Below, piece by piece: positions 11,583 through 21,559 of a stretch of DNA of 64,000 nt. The notes below the pieces were generated by a model. The model worked only from the letters and a program-made list of their open reading frames with translations. It ran no database searches and was not told the origin of the DNA. Location of the stretch: assembly GCA_963847915.1 (NCBI GenBank), contig CAWKBT010000001.1:64539-128538 (forward strand). Reading direction: 5' to 3'. Source of the DNA: an uncultured Alphaproteobacteria bacterium (lineage in GTDB: Bacteria; Pseudomonadota; Alphaproteobacteria; Rhizobiales; Beijerinckiaceae). The translations under genes were made by a program, and so were the position numbers. Position 1 is the stretch's first letter, and the number at the start of each line of letters is the position of its first letter.

Positions 11583-12785
11583 TCAGGCCACCGAGCGGCG
11601 GACGGTGAGGTCGGAGCGCTCGAAGACCGCCGGCAGCAGCTCCGTGCCGAGCCCGGGGCCTTCCATGGGCAGCACGGCACCGTCCTCGATCACCGGCATC
11701 ACGGTCACGAGCTCGCGGTACCAGCCGGTGTAGAAGGCCCGCACGCTCTCCTGGATCAGCGTGTTGGGCTGGCTGAACGCCATGTGGATGCCGGCGATGA
11801 AACCCACGGGGCCGATGCAGTCGTGCGGCGCGAAGGGCCGGTGGTAGGTGTCGGCCAGGGCGGCGATCTTGCGCCCTTCCGTCAGGCCGCCGGTCCAGCA
11901 CAGGTCCGCCATCACGACGTGGATGGCGTCGCGGTCGAGCATGTCCTTGTAGGGGAAACGCGAGCCCAGCGTCTCGCTGGCGCAGATCCACACGTCGGTC
12001 GAGCCCGCGAGCTCGGCCAGCGCCTGGGGCGAGGTCATGCGGATCGGGTCCTCGTACCAGGTCGGCTCGTAGGGTTCGAGCCAGCGGGCGAGCTTCTTCG
12101 CCATGGGCAGGTTCCACAAGGCGTGGAACTCGACCATGATCTCCATCCGGTCGCCGACGGCCCTGCGGATCTTCTCGAAGGGGTCGAGCGCGACCTTCAG
12201 CTCGTCCTTGGTGATCGCCATGCCGTCGTTGCGGATCGCCGCGGGGTCGAAGGGCCAGATCTTCATGGCCGTGATGCCGGAGTCGAGCAGGCTCTCCGCC
12301 ACGGCGTCGGCACGGCTCATGAAGCCGGCGAGGTCCTCGTAGGGGCCGGCCGCGGCGGAATCGCGGTTCCAGTTCGATACCGGCTTGATGTCGTTCGAGC
12401 GCACGTAGCCGTAGCCCGCGCAGGTGTTGTAGATGCGCTGCCTCGGCCGGCACAGGCCGCCCAGCATCTGGTGGACCGGCTGGCCGCAGACCTTGCCCAG
12501 CGTGTCCCACAGCGCGATGTCGATGGCCGAGGCGGCGCGGCTCTCGACCCCGGTGCTGGCCTGCGCCATGGGCAGGTTCAGCATCTCGCGGTTCAGCGCC
12601 TCGATGTGCAGCGGGTTGCGGCCGAGCAGCCGGCCCGCCAGCGTGTCGTGGATGTGGCTCTCGACGGCGCCCGCCCCGTAGAAGGTCTCGCCCAGGCCCA
12701 CCACACCGGCATCGGTATGGATCCGCACCCAGAGGACGTTGGCGAACTCGGCCGTCCGCAGCGTCTCGACGGCGGTGATCCTCAT
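11583..12785 (-). CDS. enolase-superfamily enzyme (mandelate racemase/muconate lactonizing family, acid-sugar-dehydratase-like)
   Basis: ATG at 12785 gives MRITAVETLRTAEFANVLWVRIHTDAGVVGLGETF. AIDIALWD, KIWPFD and YEDP segments fit the MR/MLE fold. The track start at 12878 adds 31 unlikely residues. Confidence 0.85.
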   Translation of the reverse strand: MRITAVETLRTAEFANVLWVRIHTDAGVVGLGETFYGAGAVESHIHDTLAGRLLGRNPLHIEALNREMLNLPMAQASTGVESRAASAIDIALWDTLGKVCGQPVHQMLGGLCRPRQRIYNTCAGYGYVRSNDIKPVSNWNRDSAAAGPYEDLAGFMSRADAVAESLLDSGITAMKIWPFDPAAIRNDGMAITKDELKVALDPFEKIRRAVGDRMEIMVEFHALWNLPMAKKLARWLEPYEPTWYEDPIRMTSPQALAELAGSTDVWICASETLGSRFPYKDMLDRDAIHVVMADLCWTGGLTEGRKIAALADTYHRPFAPHDCIGPVGFIAGIHMAFSQPNTLIQESVRAFYTGWYRELVTVMPVIEDGAVLPMEGPGLGTELLPAVFERSDLTVRRSVA

Positions 12786-13030
12786 GGCATGCCTCCCGTT
12801 GGGGCCGTTCTCCGGCCGATCCCTCCCGAGCCGGCCGGCGGCCCGGGAGCCGAGCCGGTTCGATTCCATGTCGAACACGCCGGATCAATGGCGGTCTTCG
12901 CCGGGCGCGGCGGCTCGACCGAGCGTGCGGGCCGGCAGAAAGCGCAGGCGGCGGGGCATCGTCCCGTGCCAGAATGGCGGCGCCGGCACGCCCGCGGCGG
13001 CCCGGCGCCCGAGACCCGGAGCGACCCCAC

Positions 13031-13861
13031 GTGACATCGACCGATTGGCTTGAGATCCGGCGCGGCGCGGCGCCGCTCCTGGTCAGCCTGCCCCACACCG
13101 GCACCGACCTGCCGCCCGCGATCGAGAACCGCCTCGTCTCGCCCTGGCTCGCCCGCAAGGACGCCGATTGGTGGATCGACCAGCTCTATGGGTTCGCCGG
13201 CGACCTCGACGCCACGGTGGTGCGCACGGCGGTGTCGCGCACCGCGATCGACGTGAACCGCGATCCGTCCGGCGTGTCGCTCTATCCGGGCCAGGCCACG
13301 ACCGAGCTCTGCCCCACCACGACCTTCGACGGCGAGCCGCTCTACCGGCCCGGGCAGGAGCTCGCGGCCGACGAGGTCGCGACACGGCGGGCGCTCTGGT
13401 TCGATCCCTATCACGCGGCGCTCGATGCCGAAGTGGCCCGCCTCAAGGCCGCGCACGGGCGCGTCGTCGTCTACGACTGCCACTCGATCCGCTCCGTGAT
13501 CCCGCGGCTCTTCGCGGGACGGTTGCCGGCCTTCAACATCGGCACCAACGGCGGCACGAGCTGCGCAGCCGCGCTGGAGCAGAGCATCGCCGAGCTCTGC
13601 CGCGCCTCCGGACGCAGCACGGTGGTCAACGGCCGCTTCCGGGGCGGGTTCATCACGCGGCGCCTCGGCCGGCCGGCCGAGGACGTCCATGCCATCCAGA
13701 TGGAACTCGCCTGCCGGGCCTATCTGCGCGAGCCCGAGGGTCCCGTGTCCGAGGCCGATTGGCCGGTGCCCTACGACCCTGCCGTCGCGGCGCCGGTGCG
13801 CGAGACGCTGGTCGGGGTGCTGCGCCAGTGTCTCGCGGTGGCACGCGGATCGGCCGCGTGA
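13031..13861 (+). CDS. hutG: N-formylglutamate amidohydrolase-family protein
   Basis: WLEIRRGAAPLLVSLPHTGTDLPP, TAIDVNRDPSG and VVYDCHSIRS match the FGase family. The start is uncertain: GTG 13031 or ATG 12974. Confidence 0.75.
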   Translation: MTSTDWLEIRRGAAPLLVSLPHTGTDLPPAIENRLVSPWLARKDADWWIDQLYGFAGDLDATVVRTAVSRTAIDVNRDPSGVSLYPGQATTELCPTTTFDGEPLYRPGQELAADEVATRRALWFDPYHAALDAEVARLKAAHGRVVVYDCHSIRSVIPRLFAGRLPAFNIGTNGGTSCAAALEQSIAELCRASGRSTVVNGRFRGGFITRRLGRPAEDVHAIQMELACRAYLREPEGPVSEADWPVPYDPAVAAPVRETLVGVLRQCLAVARGSAA

Positions 13862-14478
13862 GCCCGCCACGTCTCGTCCGGGCCGCGGATGCTCGGCCGA
13901 TGCCCTGGAAGAACGGCGGGGGCGAGACGGTCGAGATCCTGGTCCATCCCCCGGATGCCGGTCTCGACGCCTTCGACTGGCGGATCAGCATGGCGTGCGT
14001 CGCGGTGGACGGACCCTTCTCGGCCTTCCCCGGCGTCGACCGGACCCTAACGGTCCTCGATGGCGATGGGCTGGTGCTGGAGATCGCGGGCCGCGCGCCC
14101 GTCCACCTGGCGCCCGGCTCGGCGCCCTTCGCGTTTCCGGCGGATGCGCCCTGCCTGGGTCGCCTGTCGGGTGGCCCGGTGCGCGACCTCAACGTCATGA
14201 CGCGGCGCGGCGTCCATGCCCATGGCGTCGCGGCGGTGCCGATCCGCGACCGCGCCCGGGTCGCCGCCGAGGGGAACGTCATGGTGGTGATCGGCCGCCA
14301 CGGCGCTCTGTCTTGGACCGGTGCGGACGGGGCGTCTGGGACGCTCGACCCCGGCGACGCGCTGGTGCTGGAGGACGGCGAGGCGGTGGACCTGTCCCCG
14401 CGCGACAACTCCGCCGCCGTGCTGCTCGTCACGGTCCGGAGTCTCGCTGGCGAGAGCGGCAGCGGCGGCGGCGGATAG
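13858..14478 (+). CDS. hutD: HutD/Ves-family protein
   Basis: GTG 13858 overlaps the hutG-like stop (GTGA). The N-terminus LVRAADARPMPWKNGGGETVEI is the HutD hallmark. Confidence 0.75.
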   Translation: MSPPRLVRAADARPMPWKNGGGETVEILVHPPDAGLDAFDWRISMACVAVDGPFSAFPGVDRTLTVLDGDGLVLEIAGRAPVHLAPGSAPFAFPADAPCLGRLSGGPVRDLNVMTRRGVHAHGVAAVPIRDRARVAAEGNVMVVIGRHGALSWTGADGASGTLDPGDALVLEDGEAVDLSPRDNSAAVLLVTVRSLAGESGSGGGG

Positions 14479-14555
14479 GGCCGGCGCTCGCCCGCGGCGG
14501 CGAGGGGCGGTCACCCGCCACTGCCATCCGGGGGCTGCGTCGTCCGCCGCAGGTC

Positions 14556-14747
14556 CTACATGGCCTTCTTGTGCTTGGCCGCATGCTTGACGCGGCGGGA
14601 GCTCACGGTCGAGTCGCTCGGGTTCTGGGACGGGCCCAGGGCGCCGGCCTGCGAGTTGTGAGCGGAAGCGGCGCTCGCGGGAGGCGAGACGAAGGCCAGC
14701 GGCAGGGTCAGCAACGCGGCCGCGGCGGCCAGTTTCATCGACGTCAT
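14556..14747 (-). CDS. small secreted protein (hypothetical)
   Basis: 63 aa with a clear signal peptide (MTSMKLAAAAALLTLPLAFVSPPASA) and a Lys-rich C-terminus. No recognised family. Confidence 0.45.
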   Translation of the reverse strand: MTSMKLAAAAALLTLPLAFVSPPASAASAHNSQAGALGPSQNPSDSTVSSRRVKHAAKHKKAM

Positions 14748-14951
14748 GGTGTGTTCCTTGATGGAAGGATAGCTCTAGTACGGTCCAGGCGCCTTCATGG
14801 TTGCGTCACCTTGCGACGAACGCTGCGTCAATGGGGCGGGAGAGGCGGCTGCGGCCATGCGGCATCGCTCCATCCGGGCTCATGGTGCGGCGCACCCGCG
14901 ATCGTGCTACAACGCGGCCGGCCGGGCTCGTCCATCCGGGAGATCGCCATC

Positions 14952-16157
14952 ATGACGCACGAGGATTTCGCGAGCGTCGACACCGGCCACTGGCCGGCGC
15001 GGCGGACGGCGGTGCTGGATTGGCTGGTCAACGACACGCGTCAGGAACGTTTCCTCGACAACGTCTTCGTCGCCCTGTGCCGCCACTTGGAAGAGGCCGG
15101 GATCGCCCTGGCGCGGGCCGGCATGTTTCTCGAGACCCACAATCCGCAATGGCTCGGCGTTCGCGTGATCTGGCGGCGCGGCTTCGAGCAGGCGGAACTG
15201 CGCCCCTCCGACTACAACACCCGCGAGACGGACGCTTTCCGGTTCAGCCCCGCGGCCGCCATCCGGTCGGGAGCCGCGGAGATCCGTGCCCGCCTGGGCG
15301 CGACATCGCCGGCCGACGACGCCTATCCCCTGTTCGACGAACTGCGGCAGGAGGGGATCACCGACTACGTCGCCTGGCCCTTCGAGTTCACGCTCGGCAA
15401 GCGCCACTTCATCACCTTCGCGACCGACCGGCCGTCGGGCTTCGCGGAGGCCGAGATCGCGCTGCTGCGCGACCTCTTGCCCGTCCTCGCCAGCATCACC
15501 GACGTGCGGCTGAAGAACCGCTTGGCCCGCACGCTCCTCGACACATATGTCGGGCCGCACGCCGGCGAGGCCATCCTGGCGGGCGCCACGCAGCGCGGCA
15601 GCGGCTTCACCGTCGAGGCCGCGATCGTCATCGTCGACCTCAGGGACTTCACGACGATCTCGGACCTGTGGCCGCGCGACGACGTGATCGCCCTGCTCAA
15701 CGACTACTTCGACGCGCTGTCGGACCCGATCGAACGGCACGGCGGCGAGATCCTGAAGTTCATGGGGGACGGGCTCCTGGCCATCTTCCCCAACGACGCC
15801 GCGAGTGCCGTCGGTGCCGTCGCCGATATCTGCCGCTCCATGGCGGCGCTGAACCAGCGGCGCGTCGCGGACGGCCGGGACGCGCTCGGCTACGGCGTCG
15901 GGGTGAATTACGGCGACGTGATGTACGGCAACATCGGTTCGCGCACCCGGCTCGACTTCACCGTCATCGGCCCCGCCGTCAACGTGGCGTCGCGGCTCGA
16001 GACGCTGACCAAGGAAGTGGGCAACACGGCGCTGTTCTCGGGCGCCTTCGTCGAGCGGGCGCGCTGCGCCGCAGCCCTGAAGCTGCTCGGCGCCTTCCCG
16101 CTGCGCGGCGTCGGCCGGCCGCTCGACGTCTACACCTTCGTCGAGACGCCGGGCTGA
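14952..16157 (+). CDS. class III adenylate/guanylate cyclase with an unassigned N-terminal domain
   Basis: C-terminal VIVDLRDFTTISD, LKFMGDGLLAIF, GVNYGDVMYGNIGS and FTVIGPAVNVASRLE motifs. The ATG at 14952 is in frame with the long 13689..16157 track ORF, whose upstream part is Arg-rich noise. Confidence 0.85.
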   Translation: MTHEDFASVDTGHWPARRTAVLDWLVNDTRQERFLDNVFVALCRHLEEAGIALARAGMFLETHNPQWLGVRVIWRRGFEQAELRPSDYNTRETDAFRFSPAAAIRSGAAEIRARLGATSPADDAYPLFDELRQEGITDYVAWPFEFTLGKRHFITFATDRPSGFAEAEIALLRDLLPVLASITDVRLKNRLARTLLDTYVGPHAGEAILAGATQRGSGFTVEAAIVIVDLRDFTTISDLWPRDDVIALLNDYFDALSDPIERHGGEILKFMGDGLLAIFPNDAASAVGAVADICRSMAALNQRRVADGRDALGYGVGVNYGDVMYGNIGSRTRLDFTVIGPAVNVASRLETLTKEVGNTALFSGAFVERARCAAALKLLGAFPLRGVGRPLDVYTFVETPG

Positions 16158-16194
16158 ACCCTCCGGCCCGGCGCGGCGAACGGCGCCCGCCGCG

Positions 16195-16650
16195 TCAGAA
16201 CTTCGAGATGAGGACGATCCCCGAGATCAGCAGCGCCGCCCCGATCGATCGGCCCGTGTTCATCGAATGCTGTTCGACGCCGAACAGGCCGAAATGGTCG
16301 ATGGCCAGGGACATGAGGATGTTGGCCGTAATGGTGAGGCCCGCGAAGGCGCCGGCCCCGACCTTGTCGACGAACATCAGACCGGCGATGACCGCGAAGG
16401 CGCCCACGAGGCCGCCGAGCGGCGCCCACCAAGGCATGGTGGAGACGCCCTCGGCGGTCGGCATGGGCCTCGGCAGGCAGAACCAGACCACCATCAGCAC
16501 CGCGATGATAGGCAGGAACGACACGATGCTGGACAGCCAGGGATTTCCCAGCGACTGCCGGAGCGCGCCGTTCATCGGCGGTCCCCAGGCCTGGAGCACG
16601 CCAGCGACGATGATGATGGGATAGAGCCAGGCGGAGCTGATGCCGTCCAT
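16195..16650 (-). CDS. DMT-superfamily membrane protein, DUF606/YdcZ-like (single module)
   Basis: ATG at 16650 gives MDGISSAWLYPIIIVAGVLQAWGPPMNGALRQSLGNPWLSS. About 150 aa with 5 hydrophobic spans. Confidence 0.8.
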   Translation of the reverse strand: MDGISSAWLYPIIIVAGVLQAWGPPMNGALRQSLGNPWLSSIVSFLPIIAVLMVVWFCLPRPMPTAEGVSTMPWWAPLGGLVGAFAVIAGLMFVDKVGAGAFAGLTITANILMSLAIDHFGLFGVEQHSMNTGRSIGAALLISGIVLISKF

Positions 16651-16664
16651 GGAACGTCGTCCTT

Positions 16665-18134
16665 TCAGGTGGTCGGGGTGCGGGAGGGCGGTTCCACCCG
16701 CAACGGTCCATCGTGGGAACGGCGGAGCGGTGGCGGGGGTATGACCGCCGGCAGCATCCTGGCCGAGGTCGCGGCCCGCGCCGCGCCGACCGCGATGGCG
16801 ACGGCCGTCATGGCCTGGTCGGGCAGTTCGCGTTCGCGGGCGCACCGCACCGCGTCGGCGGCGAGCCCGTCGATCTCCCGGTCGAGCAGCGCGGCTGCGG
16901 CGGGGTCGGACCCGGCATCGGCCTCGGCCACGATCTCGAGCAGGCGGTCGGTGATCTCGTCGATCCGCTCACGCCGCAGCCGCGACAACCGCTGGCGCAG
17001 CCAGGCCCAGACCGAGCCCGCACCGCCGCACAGCAGCGCCACGAAGTAGGCGAAGTCGCCGTAGCGGTCGATGAAGCCGCGCTGCTCGCGCTCGTAATAG
17101 TCGATGGCGCCGGGGTGGTTCGGCAGGCGGGCGCTCGTCGCCGCCACCGTGGTGTCGTAGCTCGGCGCCGCGACGTAGTCGGCCGCCACCGTGGCCCTGG
17201 CGAGGTCCGAACGCATCTCGAAGAGGTGCTGGGTCACGCTCGCCGCCACCGTGCGATTCAGCGAATCGCGGGCCATCAGGCGGTACGAGGCCCCGATGGT
17301 CTTGATGTCGTCCTCGGGCACCTTGGGGCGCCCGCCGAAGAGGCCGCTCTGCACCGTCACGGCCTGCAGCAGCGGGAAGCGTTCGATGATGGCATCGTCG
17401 TCCTCCACCGCCGCGAAGGCGAGCTTGCCGCTGCGCGAGGTCGACTGCACGGCCGCCACCAGCGCGATGGCCCGGGGCGCCGAGGGTGCGATGATGCTGA
17501 CGACGGCGTCGATCCGGCGCGCCTTGATGGCGGCCGCCACCTCGCCCTCGCCGACCTCGACGAGGCGCACCGCGTCGCGCGGCACCGGTCCGGCGGCGTC
17601 CGCCGCCTGCAGGACCAGGGCGTAATAGCCCAGCAGCGTCTTCAGCAGCGATACGTCGTCGGCGTGGCGGGCCAGGATGCCGAGCCGCTTGCCGGCGAGA
17701 TCCGGGAAGGTCTTGATGCCGGCCGCGGCGGGCGAGGCCACGATCATGGCCTGGTCGCGCAGCACGGCCAGCGTCAGGCCGTTGCCCGGCAGGGCCACGT
17801 CGGGCCTCACCACCGCCATGTCGACCCGCCCGTCCTGCAGGGCCGCGGCACTGTCGCGGACATCGTCGAAGAGCTGGATCTTGAGCCGAACGTCCTTGCC
17901 GGTCGTCGCCAGCGCGGTCGCGAAGGCCTCGAACAGGGCCGGTTCCGTCCCGTCCCGTGGCGCTACCGCCACGGTGACCACGGTCGGCTGCAGGCCGTAG
18001 ACGCCGGCGCAGACCGCCATCACGAAGACGGCCAGGGCGGCGAGCGACAGGGTATCGCGCCTGAAGAGCCAAGCGCTCGACGCGCCGGCCGCCGGTCTGG
18101 CGGCCGGGATGGCCTCAGGCCGCCGCGCCGGCAC
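16665..18134 (-). CDS. TAXI-family (TRAP-type) solute-binding-like protein with N- and C-terminal membrane segments
   Basis: The periplasmic-binding-like core (GKRLGILARHADDVSLLKTLLGYY, NHPGAIDYYERE) is followed by a hydrophobic span (FAYFVALLCGGAGSVWAWL) and a helical tail. The family call is from memory. Confidence 0.65.
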   Translation of the reverse strand: MPARRPEAIPAARPAAGASSAWLFRRDTLSLAALAVFVMAVCAGVYGLQPTVVTVAVAPRDGTEPALFEAFATALATTGKDVRLKIQLFDDVRDSAAALQDGRVDMAVVRPDVALPGNGLTLAVLRDQAMIVASPAAAGIKTFPDLAGKRLGILARHADDVSLLKTLLGYYALVLQAADAAGPVPRDAVRLVEVGEGEVAAAIKARRIDAVVSIIAPSAPRAIALVAAVQSTSRSGKLAFAAVEDDDAIIERFPLLQAVTVQSGLFGGRPKVPEDDIKTIGASYRLMARDSLNRTVAASVTQHLFEMRSDLARATVAADYVAAPSYDTTVAATSARLPNHPGAIDYYEREQRGFIDRYGDFAYFVALLCGGAGSVWAWLRQRLSRLRRERIDEITDRLLEIVAEADAGSDPAAAALLDREIDGLAADAVRCARERELPDQAMTAVAIAVGAARAATSARMLPAVIPPPPLRRSHDGPLRVEPPSRTPTT

Positions 18135-18167
18135 CGGCGGTTCCGCCCCGAACTGCCGCCCGTCGCA

Positions 18168-19094
18168 TCAGAAGACCGAGATCAGGATGATGCCGACGGC
18201 CATCAGCGCGGCGCCGCCCAGGCGCTCCGGACCGGCCTTGACGCGCTTCATGTCGAGCCAGCCGAAATGGTCGAGGGCGATCGAGGTGAAGAGGTTGGCG
18301 GTGATGAGGAGGCCGTTGAAGGCGCCGGCTCCCACGGTATCGACGAAGAGCAGGCCGCCCAGGACCGCCACGGCCCCGGCGATGCCGGCGAGCGGCATCC
18401 ACCAGCGCACCTTGGCGACGTCGGCGCGGTCGGGCAGGGGGCTCGGCCGGGTGAAGAGCATCACGGCGAACACGAAGACCACGGGCAGGAACGACACCGT
18501 GGCGGTGAGCCAGGGGTTGACGAGGGCGTGGCGCAGCTGGGCGTTCCACACGACGCCGATCGCCTGGAGCGAGCCCGCCACCAGGATGAACGGGTAGAGC
18601 AGCTTGCCGGCCGTCCCGCCCTCCTCCTTCTCCTCCTTGTCCGAGCCGCTGGTGCGGGCGATGAGCACGATGCCGCCCACCATGAGCAGTCCGCCCAGCC
18701 AGGGGAGCGGCTTGAAGCCCGAACCCTGCAGACCGAACAGCCCGAAGGCGTCGAGCGCCAGCGAGGTCAGGATATTGCCCGTGATGGTGAGGCCGTTGAA
18801 CGGCCCGGCACCGACCTTGTCGACGAGGGCGAGCCCGCCGAACACCGCGACCGCGCCGGCGACGCCGCCGAGCGGGGCGTACCACGGCATCTTGCCGAGC
18901 GTGTCCAGCGTCGGCAGCGGCGTCGGCATCAGGATGAACAGCGTGGCGAAGACGAAGACGATGGGCAGGAACGACACCGTGGCGGCCAGCCACGGGTTCA
19001 CCAGCCGCGACCGGAGCTGGGCGTTCAGGGAATTGCCGAGCGCCTGGAGCACGCCGGCCACGATGATGAAGGGGTAGAGGAGCACTGCCGTCAT
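18168..19094 (-). CDS. DMT-superfamily membrane protein, tandem fusion of two DUF606/YdcZ modules
   Basis: Two homologous halves (LLYPFIIVAGVLQALGNSLNAQLRSRLVNPWLAATVSFLP and LLYPFILVAGSLQAIGVVWNAQLRHALVNPWLTATVSFLP) are joined by an SGSDKEEKEEGG linker. Confidence 0.8.
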   Translation of the reverse strand: MTAVLLYPFIIVAGVLQALGNSLNAQLRSRLVNPWLAATVSFLPIVFVFATLFILMPTPLPTLDTLGKMPWYAPLGGVAGAVAVFGGLALVDKVGAGPFNGLTITGNILTSLALDAFGLFGLQGSGFKPLPWLGGLLMVGGIVLIARTSGSDKEEKEEGGTAGKLLYPFILVAGSLQAIGVVWNAQLRHALVNPWLTATVSFLPVVFVFAVMLFTRPSPLPDRADVAKVRWWMPLAGIAGAVAVLGGLLFVDTVGAGAFNGLLITANLFTSIALDHFGWLDMKRVKAGPERLGGAALMAVGIILISVF

Positions 19095-19110
19095 GATCGT
19101 CGCTCCGGGG

Positions 19111-20355
19111 TCAGTGCAGCAGGATCAGGCCGGCGAGGGCCAGGACCAGAGCGGGCGGCATGACGAGCGCGCCGAGCTTCAGGAACTGGCCCGCGCTGAC
19201 GCTGAGACTCTCGCGCTTGAGCGCCGTGAGCCACAGGATGGTGGCGAGCGAGCCCGTCACCGACAGGTTGGGGCCGATGTCGATGCCGACCAGGATCGCG
19301 CTCGTGACCTGGTCCGACACGTGGGCGCCCTGCACGGAGCTGCCCGCGATGAGACCGGCCGGCAGGTTGTTCATGATGTTGCAGACGAAGGCGACCAGCA
19401 GGCCGGCGCCCCAGGCCGTTTCAGTGGCGGAGGCCTCGGCGGTGCGGTGCAGCACGTCGCCGATCATCCTGATGAGGCCCGTCTTGTCGAGGGCCTCGAC
19501 CATGACGAAGAGCCCCGCCACCAGCGGCAGCACCGCCCAGGAGATGTCCTTGACGGTGGACCAGGGGCTGGCGCGCTTGACGACCAGCACCACCGCCGCC
19601 GTCACGACGCCGCAGATGGCCGTCGGCAGGCCGAGCTGGATGTCGAGACCCGACGAGATCAGGAGGGCCACCGCGGTCAGCACGATGCCGGCCCCGGCGA
19701 GCGTGCCGGTCCGGCCGAGCTCGGGCACCTCGACCTCGCTCTCGATCGTGTCGGACTTCAGCGTCTTCGCCTGGGTCAGGCGCAGGACCGCGTAGGTGGC
19801 GAGGATCGACAGGACCGATGGGATGGCGAAGCGCGGCAGCCACTGCAGCAGCGGCGGCATGTGGGAGCCGTAGATCACGAGGTTGGCGGGGTTCGAGATC
19901 GGCAGCACGAAAGAGGCCGCGTTGGCGATGAAGGCGCAGATGAACAGGTAAGGGAGCGGGTCCTTGGCCTTCGCGGTCTTGACGGCGGCGGCGACCGCGG
20001 GCGTCAGCACCACGGCCGCGGCGTCGTTGGACAGGAACACCGTCACGACCGTGCCGACGAGGTAGATCAGCAGGAACAGCCGGGTCGGCGATCCCTTGGC
20101 ACGCTTGGTGGCGTGCGCGGCGAGCCAGTCGAACAGCCCCTCCTGCCGGGAGATCTCCGAGAGCAGCATCATGCCGGTGAGGAACAGGTAGACGTCGGTC
20201 CCCTTGCCGACGCCCGTCAGGGCGTCGCCCCAGGGCAACAGCCCGGCGACCACCAGGATCAGGGCGCCCGCCACGGCCCAGATCGCTTCGGGCCAGCCGA
20301 AGGGCCGGATGATGACACCGGCGGTGGCCAGGGCGGAAATGCCCCAGGTCCACAT
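19111..20355 (-). CDS. ArsB/NhaD-superfamily anion permease
   Basis: ATG at 20355 gives MWTWGISALATAGVIIRPFGWPEAIWAVAGALILVVAG. It is polytopic throughout, with LFLLIYLVGTVVTVFLSNDAAAVVLTP typical of arsenite-pump-like permeases. An alternative GTG start lies at 20370. Confidence 0.8.
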   Translation of the reverse strand: MWTWGISALATAGVIIRPFGWPEAIWAVAGALILVVAGLLPWGDALTGVGKGTDVYLFLTGMMLLSEISRQEGLFDWLAAHATKRAKGSPTRLFLLIYLVGTVVTVFLSNDAAAVVLTPAVAAAVKTAKAKDPLPYLFICAFIANAASFVLPISNPANLVIYGSHMPPLLQWLPRFAIPSVLSILATYAVLRLTQAKTLKSDTIESEVEVPELGRTGTLAGAGIVLTAVALLISSGLDIQLGLPTAICGVVTAAVVLVVKRASPWSTVKDISWAVLPLVAGLFVMVEALDKTGLIRMIGDVLHRTAEASATETAWGAGLLVAFVCNIMNNLPAGLIAGSSVQGAHVSDQVTSAILVGIDIGPNLSVTGSLATILWLTALKRESLSVSAGQFLKLGALVMPPALVLALAGLILLH

Positions 20356-20413
20356 CTGTATCTGCGTCACGTGCACGCCTCGGCTCGGGGAAGAAGGACG
20401 GGTCGGGGCGGCC

Positions 20414-21559
20414 TCAGGACGAGGCGACGCCGTTCCGGTTGGGGCCGAGCTGCGTGCCCGGGATGCCGTTCTCCGGCCAGGCGCCGACGGCATCGGCGTC
20501 GCTGCCGCGGCCGGCACGGGCCGGGGGGACGTAGCTCGCCCCGGCGGCCCGGATGGCATGGAGGCCGGGGCGGCCGAGGCCGTCGACGGCCCGGACCATG
20601 ATGGTCACGAGCCGGTCCGCGGGCAGGTCGAGATCCGCCGTCCAGGTCCGCTGCCCGGGCCGGCGCGTCATCGGCACCCACGCGCCGTCCTCGACCTGGC
20701 AGGCGACCTCCGCGGGCGCCGCGGCGCCGAAGACCAGCGCCCGGACGGTGCAGCGCTCGGACACGCGCTGGTCGGCCCTGCGCATCAGGCGATGATCGGC
20801 CGGCGACGTGACGACGACGAACGGGAAAGCGTCGTCGAGCGGCTTGAAACGCCAGCTCACGACGCCGCCGTCGAGCGTCGCCACCGAGTAGCCCACCGGC
20901 CCTTCCTCGATCTGGCCCGTCGAGCGCGTCGCCGCGAAAACCGTCCGGCCGTCGTTGGCGAGCTCGTTATAGTGGGTGTGGCCCATGTCGACGAGGGCGA
21001 CGTCATGGCTGCGGAGCAGGCCGTTCATGGCCTCCGTCTCGCCCTCGCCCCGCAGGTCTTCGGGGTAGGTGTGGGTGAAGACGAGGCTCGGCAGGCCGAG
21101 CCGTCGCGCTTCGCCGAGCTCGCGCTCCAGCCAGCCCGTCTGGTCGACGCCGAGGCGGAAGTCCGGCCCGCCCTGGCCCGGCCCGCTGATGTCGAGGAAG
21201 AGGCAGCGCGCGCCCCGCACCGTCTCGGCCTTGGGCAGCGGCTCCGCCTTGAGAACGCGGTAGAAATTGGCGAGCCCGCCCTGTTCCATGTCGTGGTCGC
21301 CCGGGATGACGTGGACGGGCACGCTCAGCATCTTCAGGGCCGTCGCGGCGAGCGCGTACTGGCCGGGCAGGCCGTTGTCGGCGTTGTCGCCGGGCAGGAC
21401 CACGAAGTCGATCGCGCCGGCGTACTGGATCTCGATCTGCGCCACGATGGCGAGGAAGTCGGTGAAGTTCCGCTGCTTGGCGTCGGTGAGGTGGAGGTCG
21501 CCGATATGGACGAAGGCGAGCACGTCGTCGGGCGCTGCGGTCCGGTCCTGCCCGGTCAC
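20414..21559 (-). CDS. metallophosphoesterase (calcineurin-like)
   Basis: FVHIGDLHLTD, VVLPGDNADNG, VIPGDHD and DMGHTHYNE motifs. The start (GTG 21559) is tentative; the track start at 21832 adds an Arg/Pro-rich region. Confidence 0.8.
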   Translation of the reverse strand: MTGQDRTAAPDDVLAFVHIGDLHLTDAKQRNFTDFLAIVAQIEIQYAGAIDFVVLPGDNADNGLPGQYALAATALKMLSVPVHVIPGDHDMEQGGLANFYRVLKAEPLPKAETVRGARCLFLDISGPGQGGPDFRLGVDQTGWLERELGEARRLGLPSLVFTHTYPEDLRGEGETEAMNGLLRSHDVALVDMGHTHYNELANDGRTVFAATRSTGQIEEGPVGYSVATLDGGVVSWRFKPLDDAFPFVVVTSPADHRLMRRADQRVSERCTVRALVFGAAAPAEVACQVEDGAWVPMTRRPGQRTWTADLDLPADRLVTIMVRAVDGLGRPGLHAIRAAGASYVPPARAGRGSDADAVGAWPENGIPGTQLGPNRNGVASS

